DNA of 63,470 nt, filler included, from Intoshia linei (lineage: Eukaryota > Animalia > Orthonectida), in NCBI GenBank assembly GCA_001642005.1. It is 8 parts of 8 records of this genome, joined end to end, with 100 filler letters (N's around TTAATTAATTAA, not from the genome) between each part and the next. Parts side by side here need not be neighbours in the genome. Positions count along the whole stretch, not along the records: positions 6,677 to 27,595 come from LWCA01000664.1; positions 27,696 to 35,393 come from LWCA01001526.1; 6 more parts are not named here. The stretch is one strand, 5' to 3'. The notes below the pieces were generated by a model that saw nothing but the letters and a program-made list of their open reading frames with translations, made no database searches and was not told the DNA's origin. Shown in pieces: positions 24,601 through 34,427 of the stretch. Within the stretch, counting starts at the first letter, position 1. Every line of letters starts with the position of its first letter. The translations under genes were made by a program, and so were the position numbers.

Positions 24601-27586
24601 AATCACAAATATTAAATATTAAAAATGAATAAATACTTTTAAAGAATGTAAATTAATTGATATATCATCTATTTTATATATATTATATACATTACATACA
24701 TCTGGATAGGGCTGAATCTACACTTTCTCAATCATTTACCCATTACTAATTCAGGTATTTTCAATATTGATTTTGGGAAAATTGTTTAAAATTATTAAAA
24801 TTATTAAAAAGTAATTAATCGTAAAACCTTACATTAAATTTCACATTATGTACATGTTTTTTGCCAAAATAATGTAATCATAAAATAAAATCGTAAAATC
24901 GATTCATACGGTAAATTAAATTTTTCATTTTAATAATTTAAGATAAATCACATTTTTTTATTTTATGTGTTAGACTAGTGACCGCCAAAATATATGATCG
25001 GCAGAAACCAGTTACGATTCTTTGTTAAAAGTACCTTTATCTGATTAATTTTGATTAAACGTTAAAAATACGAATGTTGTGACATTTCAAAAATATTTTT
25101 TATTAATACTGATTCAATAATCATATTTGGAACAATAGAAAATTGTTATTACGCAATTAATTCTGACATAATACAAAGAAATTTTTAATTTTTAAATGGT
25201 GACATAGCACTAAAAAAAAACATATATATAATTTCATGAGACTATGAAAATCGCAGAACAACGACTATATGTACTATATACATTATATATTTGTATACAA
25301 GGACATGTCATGATAGTATGCTCGAAATTTTTTTATTACATACCCATACATTTATTACACCGCTAGTAAATACTTTGGTGAAACACTGACCACTTCTGTA
25401 TCATGCACTTCTCATTAATTTGTATATAACTTGTATACGTAACTTGTGTTTTATTAATTTTGATGTTATCACAAAATTTTCAATATTCTGAATGGTAAAA
25501 TTAATATTAGATGGTAATTTAAATTTAATGTTATTTTTACTTTTTTATATGTGAAATTTCTGTATAGTTGGTATGTTCATTGACATTGTTTTAATAATAA
25601 TTGTTAAAACTCATAACGTATAAGATTATATTCTTTCAATAAGAAAATACATATGGCCCATTCTCTACACTAAATATCAAAATAGCAAAAATTAAAATGA
25701 TAAATTAGATTTATTTTTTTGGTTTAATGTTGAGCATAAATCTTATATTTTACAATAATTATAAAATATCTGCCAAAAAAATTATATTTAAACACTATTT
25801 ATAGACGCTTACATATATGTTAGATAAAAATTTGTTTTTACAAAATATTAAGTATAAATATCAATCGACATATCTAGTTTTGTATAGAATAAAAATAAAC
25901 CAATTTCGATTTGTTACGTTGATAAAATCAAAAAAATTTTGGTAGCGCCAAAACTTTCAATTATAGTTATTTTAAAATAAATATTTACACATTCTCAATA
26001 AAACTCTAAAGTTTTAATGTGATGTCAGATAGTTACATATGCATCTTATTTGAAAAGAAATTTAAAAATAAGCATCATTAAGATGTCATTCTAAGACTTT
26101 TAAATACTGTAACGCCAATAAGTTTAAATTAAATTAATTAAATGAATCAATCAATTGATATAGATATGACCAATACAACTGAACATTGTTCCAATTGCGC
26201 GAAAAAGACAAAGAATAACGATGAATTCAAGAAAAATAATAGAGAAAGTAGCGTTATCGGGTGTATAACTCATAAAAATGAAGTTATAAATACATTTGGT
26301 AACGAGATAATGATATTAAGTACTAGCAGTAACTTCAATAGTGTACTACTAGAAACTTATATATCAAACATTATATTTCATGTAAAAAATGAATTAACAT
26401 AATATATTTATTCCAGAGTGAAGTGAGTTTAACATTAGTTACTCTAAAGTTACTATATCGTTACTGAGAAAGGAAAAAAAATTATAGAAGGAGGTATATA
26501 AAACACAATATACAAAAACACATCTTTTTGCTTTGTGTACCGACAATGGAGATAAAGGGGAAAATGCTGTTAGAACATATTTAAATCAAATTTTTGATAT
26601 GTATAAAATAAAAAACAAAACTGTAATCGTATGGTCTGATGGACCATACGGTGAATTTAAAAATAAATATCTTGTACAGACATTAAAAATTTTGGAAATT
26701 AAATATTTGTGCAAGATTCATTGGAGATTTTTTGCAACAAGCCATGGAAAAAGTGTTGTTGATGGGATTGGGGGGCGAGTGAAGCATATGGTGCAAAAAT
26801 CAGTAATGTCCAAAAGACATGATGCCCCTATTGTCAATAATGCAATAACATTTGTTAGTACGGCTCAGAGGTTATGTCAAAACACCTTCATTAAAAAATG
26901 TCGTGGAGTTAAAAAGTACAAATGGAACAAAACAAAATTTGCTGGCATTGGAAAATGCCATAATATTGAAATAGATAAAAATCTTCTAATACTAAGAGAA
27001 CACACTAGAGACCATCCTTTTATTACATATCTAATATTATAAATTATAAATAAATGTTTAATTTAAAATGTATTGAAATTCTATATTCATTTTAAAAAGT
27101 TTATATATGTAAAGCCAAAGTTTATAATTTAATTTTAATTTTTACACTATTATAACCAATACCCATGGTTTAATTATTGGTAGTATCTGTCGACTTTATT
27201 CCTACTAAACTATTAAATGAATTAATGGTCTTCATTTATTTATAGATTCACAAGAATCTTCGATAAACTAAAAATGAACATTAAAAAGTGTTTTTTGTGA
27301 ATTTCGAATGAATCACATTCTATGTTAAAATTTAAATATTGTAATTCGTTTCTCTCCAAACTAATGCTAATTAAAATATTTTTAATTTTTTTGTGGTCAA
27401 TTTAAAGCTATTTCTAAACAATATATTATATTATTTTGTCATCTATATCTATTTATCTGTAAATTTAACCATTTTGGCGTTACAAGCATGGGCCATATAT
27501 ATACATATATGTATGTATTTATAAATGTAATCAATTCAGTGGGTATATTTATTTATAATTAACTGTACTATCAATATTAGGCAAAA
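15664..27586 (+). CDS. Putative secreted protein encoded by a micro-exon gene: signal-peptide exon 15664-15742 plus about 40 micro-exons of 3 nt (four of 6 nt); 3' end runs into the gap
   Basis: Exon 1 is MKSVTFFSGLLFVFIQLISYNYIEAK+A|gtaa. It is followed by repeated AT-rich tract + YAG|NNN|GT(A) units, and phase-1 joining is stop-free. See findings. Confidence 0.78.
17025..17250. mobile_element. hAT MITE
   Basis: TIR CAGTGATGGCAA / TTGTCATCACTG with TSD CTATATAA. Confidence 0.9.
17311..17599. mobile_element. hAT MITE, same family as 34192-34427 and 59172-59469
   Basis: Ends CAGGGTCAGCAAC / GTTGCCGACCCCT and internal similarity (AAAAGTGGC.CAC) to the other copies. Confidence 0.8.
18258..18653. 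mobile_element. Tc1/mariner-type MITE
   Basis: TIR CAGTCAAATCTCTCAATAGCGCCA / TGGCGGTATTGAGAGGTCTGACTG with TA flanks. Confidence 0.88.
19597..19998 (-). mobile_element. Mariner-like remnant with N-terminal HTH fragment
   Basis: TA-CAGAGTGT...ACCCTG-TA ends. ORF 19704-19892 (ERLFLVQEMIK...FINKFGIDRLPTKCAVLNLVRKF) resembles mariner-type transposase N-termini. Confidence 0.65.
25655..27494 (+). mobile_element. Decayed DNA transposon with transposase fragment 26533-27042 (possibly Sola-type)
   Basis: GGCCCAT...ATGGGCC termini flanked by ATAT on both sides. Motifs WSDGPYGEFKNK and WRFFATSHGKSVVDGIGG. Confidence 0.8.
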
Positions 27587-28567
27587 GTTTAGTCTNNNNN
27601 NNNNNNNNNNNNNNNNNNNNNNNNNNNNNNNNNNNNNNNTTAATTAATTAANNNNNNNNNNNNNNNNNNNNNNNNNNNNNNNNNNNNNNNNNNNNACAAA
27701 GATCACCTTTGTAATTAATAATTAGTTTATTTATTTCTTTGTGGCATGCATTTAAACTACATGCTTGTTTTTGAATGGACGACCTAGGAAATGTCCTGTA
27801 TCCCATTATTTTCATTACTTCGTTAACAATAGAAACAGTACAATTAATGGAATATCCAAGGATTTCAGATATTTTTACATTCGACTGAGACATATTGTGA
27901 GGATAAAGCAAATTTGAATCATTTTCCATTGAATCTGATGTTAAGTTTGATTCTTCAGCAGTATTATATTCACTAAGATCTTCAATTTCATAAGATGCAT
28001 CATAATAAACTTCAGGTAGATTATAAATATTTTCTTCATTTAAGTTACGACAATCTACATACCCCATTATTTAATAAGCATTGTTTTAATCATATCACTG
28101 ATCTAGTTTAGGTCTGATAATGCTAAACTGTTCAATTTGGTATATTTAATAATATAAATATTATATCATATATTAATATATTATTAATACTAATAATATA
28201 ATATATACATATACGAAGTCATGGCGAGCAGCACTTAAATTTTAAAGCGGCTGCTAAATTAACACGGGTGATGTATATATTATATATATCATAATACAAT
28301 ATATTTTATCTATTAAATGAAATGATATAAAAAATCACCAATTCTACAGCTCAATCGTTATTATTAATATTATAATGGTTATCAAAAATTATTACAGTAT
28401 ATAAAATTTTAATTATTATTTTTTAATAATTTTATTAAATTTAATGTCACTTGTAGATTGGGATCGTAGCTATTTTTAAATCGTCAGCACATTAAATATG
28501 TTTTGATATTAATGTACATATTAAATTTTAAAATTTAGCGACCATTTATAAGTTATCATAAAATACC

Positions 28568-31500
28568 ATTGTATGGACACTTTGTTCCATCAAACCCACA
28601 TTTGGGTGTATCTGGCGGTTTGCTTAGTCCGGGCCAGTATAATTTTTCTCCTTTCACTGGTTGATATCTCTTTTCATCAGCATAAAAATCAATAACTTTC
28701 TAATAAGTAAATAGTTATATTTTATATTATTATATATAAACATTTTTTACATGTACAATTTTTATACTACGTATATACATAATTTATTTTATTTTAATAT
28801 TAATGCATGTATATTTTATGTGTAAATAATGGTTATTAATAATATCTTATTATATGTATAGATTTGAATGTTTACTCGAAATTTTCCGGTAATAGGTTCC
28901 ATGTTTAATAATGAGTAATCAGAATTTCTGTCTCCATTCTCATTGATAGTTACTTTTCCAGTAATTCCTGTATAGTTATTAAAAGTAAATTTAATACAAT
29001 TATACCATCAAACGATTTATTCCACAATTTATTATTTACATAGGTTCCATTTGAATAAATTTTTCCCTCGCTTATTGTTTCATTGATAGTTATAGCATAT
29101 AAAAGAACTGCGTCATAAAAACCACTAGTTATACTGTTGATTTGCTAAATTATCTATATATAGTATAAATATATATTATATACATATGTAAATTGTTACA
29201 GAAATTAGGAATCCTAACTTTGGATTATATGGTGACTATTTGTTACTCTTAAAAGGTTAATATAATGTTGTATAAAACGAAAAAATAAACTATGTGTATT
29301 AGGGGTGTGCATTTTTTCACTTTTTTGCGAAAATACAAAAATGCCACCCCATACGTGGAAGATGGGGTTGAATGATACATAATTATCAAAAAATTATATA
29401 AAAAAAATTAAAAAAAAACCCTGGGGAAAGCACTTCAAAATATAAATAATGAACAAAATTTCATTTATTTTGTATAGTAAATTTCATAGTAATAATTATT
29501 TCCATAACAATTAATTTTCAATTTATATTTTTTTATATTTATTCAGTTTTCTCATTGGAATCGGTTTTTTTATTAATTTGGCGTTCATCATTCGCAAGAC
29601 GATAATTTTGTGCATCTTTATAGCTATTTGTATAAAAATTTTTATATTGAAAATAATATTTTTAAGAAAATTGTCATATATTAGTTACTGTGAGCGATAT
29701 ATTGTTCAAAAGTTTAAAGGCGATGCCTTAGGGTTTTTTTAACATTTGAGAGGTAAGATTGGGTGCAAATTGAATATTTTCAAAATTTTCATATGGTGGA
29801 AGGGTGCACTTTTGATATAAAAATTAGTTCACACCCCTAATGTGTATAGTGTAGCTTTTCAATTTTTTTAATATACTTTTCAGAAAATTAAGACCGATGA
29901 TATTAGAGCTCACATGGGTCATTATTATTCGTCATTTACCACCGCGTTAGCCAACAGTTTTCATCAACCGCCGGTAGATAGCCCCATCTAAATGTTTTTC
30001 TAATTCACCCACACCCGCCATAAATATTCTATCTGGTCCCTACATCGTCACTAGTGTAGTCTCCAATTTTTCGATATCATATTTACAAAAAATAAGTTAA
30101 GTAAATCGTAAATTGAAAATTTTTAACTCTGCTTGCCCATGCCATGATAAATATTTGAAAAATAATTTGTTTGTCACTATATACTTACAATATATAGTAT
30201 AGAATAGTACACTATATAGTCACAAATAAAAAACAATTGAAGAGGTTAAAAGGTAGTGGACCATATCTAGAAAAAGTTTAAAATGTGTACATCTGCATTT
30301 CCTTCACTTTCATACAATCTGGATAATTCTGCATATTCTTTTGTATCTGGTGTTTTGAGACGTATTTCAAATAATGCTTTATACGCATTTTTAGCTAAAT
30401 CATTTCGATATTGTGAGTCTCCTTTTTTAAACCATGAAATATCTGATGAATTTTTTCTAAGAAATTTTAAATTATAATAAAATTTACTTTCTAAATGTAT
30501 TTTTATAATAATAGATAAATGTAACAATAATAAATGAAATACATGAGTAAAAACAAATGAAATTGATAAATTGGGTAATCAATACAATAATTAATGAGAA
30601 ACTCAATAATAGTTCATTTTTATCTGGTAATACATAATTTCTTATTATTTCGTTTGACCAATGATGCGCGTAGATAATAATAAATAAATTTTAATGGTAC
30701 ATTTATACAAAACATAATTTTGTATCGTATCGAGAAATCAATACAATATATTAATCATGAAAATCATCAATTCTCCATCTCTCATTAATCTTGGAACAGT
30801 CAAAATTTTCCTTTCCTAAAACGTGATTGATAGAATTGTGTAAGTTGCACATCCACATAGAAAAGTTTTTTTGAGAACTTGTATCAGGTTTACTTGATTT
30901 TAATTTATTTTTTAGTTCATCAGCACAGTCGGGACAAGGGTATAAATTTGATATAGATTCCATTAGTTGATTTGCATATTTTTCATCTTTTAGAGTAGGT
31001 TTAATTGGATAATAAGCTGCAACTGTATGTAGAAATGACCATGTTGATCTACCCAAAGATTGAATATCCAAGGGCAAGTCTTTTGATTTGTCCAATTTTA
31101 ACTCAGTTGATATATTTTTTTTGTTTATTGGTTTTGTTTTTTCATTTTCATTCACTCTTTTAAAATAATCTTCAAATTTCTTACAAATTCCGCACTGCTT
31201 CATACTCAAATTCAAAGCAACTTTATTGTATTTACTTTTCTTTTAGTTCTTTTTTACTATCAATAAATAATTTTCCCAGGGTTCCCACACTTTTTTTAAA
31301 TTATAAAATTTACCGCGGACCATTAAATCGAAATTACTAGGCAACCTTAAAAAATTTGATAAAAACGTATTAAATTGGCTTTTAATTAGTAAAATTTTTT
31401 TCAACATTATTTCGTGGGTCAGTAAAAATTTTTCACGGACCAGTATTGGTTCTTGAATATGCTTTTGAATTTGAACGATTTTAAAGCCTCTACTGGTTGG

Positions 31501-34030
31501 TTAAATTCGTTTTTAACCTGAAATTCCATTAAATAAAAAAAATGTAGGAGAATCAAAATTAGTAAGCGAGTAAGCTGTAGAAAAATATATAAATGATGAC
31601 ATACATGTCTAAAACTGATGAAACCGGAACTTTCCAGAACTTACATCTGATCCACAAAAAGATGGAGCGAGTGGAAAATTAAAGCCAGTAGTAATAGGAA
31701 AATCTAAGTCTCTGTGCTGTTTTAAAAATATGAACATGGAAAAATTACCAGTCACTTATGCAAATAACAAAAGTTGGATGAAAACAGATCTGTTTTTAAA
31801 ATGGTTAAAAAACGTAAATAATAAAGTGAAGTTTGAAGATAAAAATATACTTTCAATATTAGATAATGTTCCGGTTCACCCTAAAGATGTGGACTTAAGT
31901 AATATTGAATTATTATATATTCCTCCTAACACTTCTTCACTGATACACCTTTAGACCAAGAAATGTTAAAATACTTTAAAAACCATTATAGGAGATGTCT
32001 AATGTTTTCTGTAAATTTTGAAATTTCTCACACACGAAATGTAACCCAAGAAAAGTGGTGCAAGAAAATATCTTACTACAATGCCATAATTTGGATATCA
32101 AGGGCTTGGGAATCAATATCAATTGATTGTATTAAAAATTGTTTTTTATTCATACAAAAATGCAAATTTAAAATTGTTTGATACAACCAATGGTGTAATT
32201 CAAAATCAATTATTGAAATAATGTATTGTATATGATGTGAAGTTTAAAACAAACAGTGAATTTTTTAATGGTTTAATTTTAAATGCAATGAAGAAGTTGT
32301 GAATGATGAAACTTATGAAAATTTTTCCTGTTAATTCAAATATGTACATGCGAACCTTTTACAAATTACGATGCATAAAACGCTGCTAAAACACTCCAAA
32401 AGTATTTTTGTGCCAATATTTCCCATGAACTTGCAAAAGTGTTGTAATTTATTGATCTTATAAAAAAAGAAAAAATTGAAAATAGCAACAAAATTACAAA
32501 CTATTTTCCATTGCAAAAATAAATACTTATATATTTGTGTTAATATTCACTTCATTCTTAATTCATATTGTACAACCAACTCTATTATAAATATTCTCAA
32601 TATCCGGTCCCTTGACATCCATATTGTACAGAAACCACTGTATTAATTTTACCATAGATATTAATATTAAAAAAATGGCCAAAATGCCATTTTTAAAGGT
32701 GAACTGTATGAAATCTACGTTATCAATTTTTATAATATTTAATTTTTCTATGTAAAATTATAGGCTCTATCGTTTAGTTACAATTAAAATTATAAATAAT
32801 TTTGACTTTCGACCAGTATTATTAGTAATAAAAAATATATAAAATTTCTTTCATATCGATGTTTTGGTTCTCTATCATTAAATTAAAATTTTAAAAAATA
32901 AGAAATTAATTAACCGTGCTATGCCTCCAAATTTACGGTTGCAAGAGTTGCAACCAGAGATATATTAACCATATTATTCAACATAAAAGAATCTTGCTAG
33001 CATAACAATTTGCCACAAAAATCATACAAAATATAAAAATCATTGGATTAAAATATAATTCAAAGTTTTGTCACTTCAGTTAAACTTTTTTATACCTGTA
33101 TGTGATTTTATTTAATTGTATCGTTAGTTAAGTATATGAATAAACGCTTAAATATTACCCATCGAATAAATTTGCATTAAAAAATACATATTCTCCATTA
33201 TTAAAATTCAATTTTGCTGCTTCAATCATAATGTCTCTCAGAGAACCATTATTAACGCACAATAATATAACTAAATAGTAAAATTATAAAATATATATAA
33301 AATTGTATATTATATATTAACTCGACCCCTCAGAACATTATGTATTTCAATACAAAAATACAGATATGTAGTCCAGACGGGAAATATGAATGTTTTTATT
33401 TTAACAATTTCCATAATCAGGTGAGTAACTTGATACATTGTATTTTTTAACTCTTAAAAAAATTTCATCACATAATAAAAAATTTTGTTATAAAAATAAA
33501 AATGTATATTATAACTCCGCATATTCCATAATTAGAGGACTATTGACGCATAATTGACACGTCTGGTATATCATACGCTCTACAAATAAAACAAAATTAC
33601 TGGCAAAATTTCCCAATTCATGTGGCATTTGATCATAAAACTGATCCATTTCCATAATTTTATAATAATCATGTATGATATCGTTTTCATTAAAATGATT
33701 GTGTAAAGCTTCAGTAATTAAATGACAAAATTTGTCCACAATGTAATGTTGACCTTTAGGTTGATACACCAACTTTACTTTTCTCCAATGAAAATGATTA
33801 ACTATTAAATCCAATAAAAATGTACTGAAAGAATTTAAATTTGGTCCAACTCGCGTTAAATACGAATAAATATCTTTCTTATGGGTTCCAAATTCAGCCG
33901 CCATAGCGCCTGTTGTTAATACTGGTAATTTCCAATAATTGGCTTGTCGGGCAATTGGAGCCATTGCAAAATCACAAACTGGACCAAAAAGTGCTGAAAC
34001 ATTGGTATACATGTACAACTGGATTGCCTA
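28568..34030 (-). CDS. Receptor guanylate cyclase / natriuretic peptide receptor family, extracellular-domain exons (approx. 33600-34030, 33159-33270, 30290-30458, 29006-29125, 28877-28967, 28568-28698); TM, kinase-like and cyclase parts not in this contig
   Basis: ALFGPVCDFAMAPIARQANYWKLPVLTTGA, LRDIMIEAAKLNFNNGEYVFF, RNDLAKNAYKALF, GFYDAVLLYA, ITGKVTINENGDRNSDYSLL and PPDTPKCGFDGTKCP. Confidence 0.9.
29300..29839. mobile_element. hAT MITE in guanylate cyclase intron
   Basis: TIR TAGGGGTGTG / CACACCCCTA with TSD ATGTGTAT. Confidence 0.9.
30751..31203 (-). CDS. GFER: FAD-linked sulfhydryl oxidase ALR/Erv1, single exon
   Basis: N-terminal CGIC, LGRSTWSFLHTVAAYYP, YPCPDCA and WMCNLHN..N..LGK..FDCS...ERWR. 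First ATG at 31203. Confidence 0.93.
   Translation of the reverse strand: MKQCGICKKFEDYFKRVNENEKTKPINKKNISTELKLDKSKDLPLDIQSLGRSTWSFLHTVAAYYPIKPTLKDEKYANQLMESISNLYPCPDCADELKNKLKSSKPDTSSQKNFSMWMCNLHNSINHVLGKENFDCSKINERWRIDDFHD
31480..32640 (+). mobile_element. Degenerate Tigger/pogo (CENP-B-like DDE) transposon
   Basis: FKASTGWL, DETG, PVVIGKSK, Y.NNKSWM, ILDNVPVHP and IPPNTSSLI with stops. Right end GAAACCACTG-TA. Confidence 0.88.
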
Positions 34031-34191
34031 AATGCGATATTAATCATATTATTATTATTAATAATTATAGTTATGAATACATATGTAGTTTATATGAGTC
34101 ATTTTCTAGCAAATAAAAAACATTATATTTCAATTTAAGTGATACAAATTATATACACAAAACGTTGGTCTACATCTATGTTGTCATAAAT

Positions 34192-34427
34192 CAGGGGTCA
34201 CATAATAATTTTGGTGGCCCTTGAGTAAATATGTAAATTATTTATTATTTAACTTTTAAACACCGTTTTAAACATGTTCTACTAAAATTGACTCATTTTA
34301 ATACAGAATTTTCTAATCGCCCTGGATTTTATTTTTTTAATATACTAGAACCGTTTTTCTAAATTAATAAAAACTTTTTTTGAGATAAAAAAGTGGCCCA
34401 CGAGATGCAAAAGGTTGTCGACCCCTG
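34192..34427. mobile_element. hAT MITE
   Basis: CAGGGGTC / GACCCCTG termini with TSD TCATAAAT. Confidence 0.88.

Noticed and set aside
30267-30527. 86-aa ORF as an independent gene
   Set aside because: Its core is an exon of the receptor guanylate cyclase.
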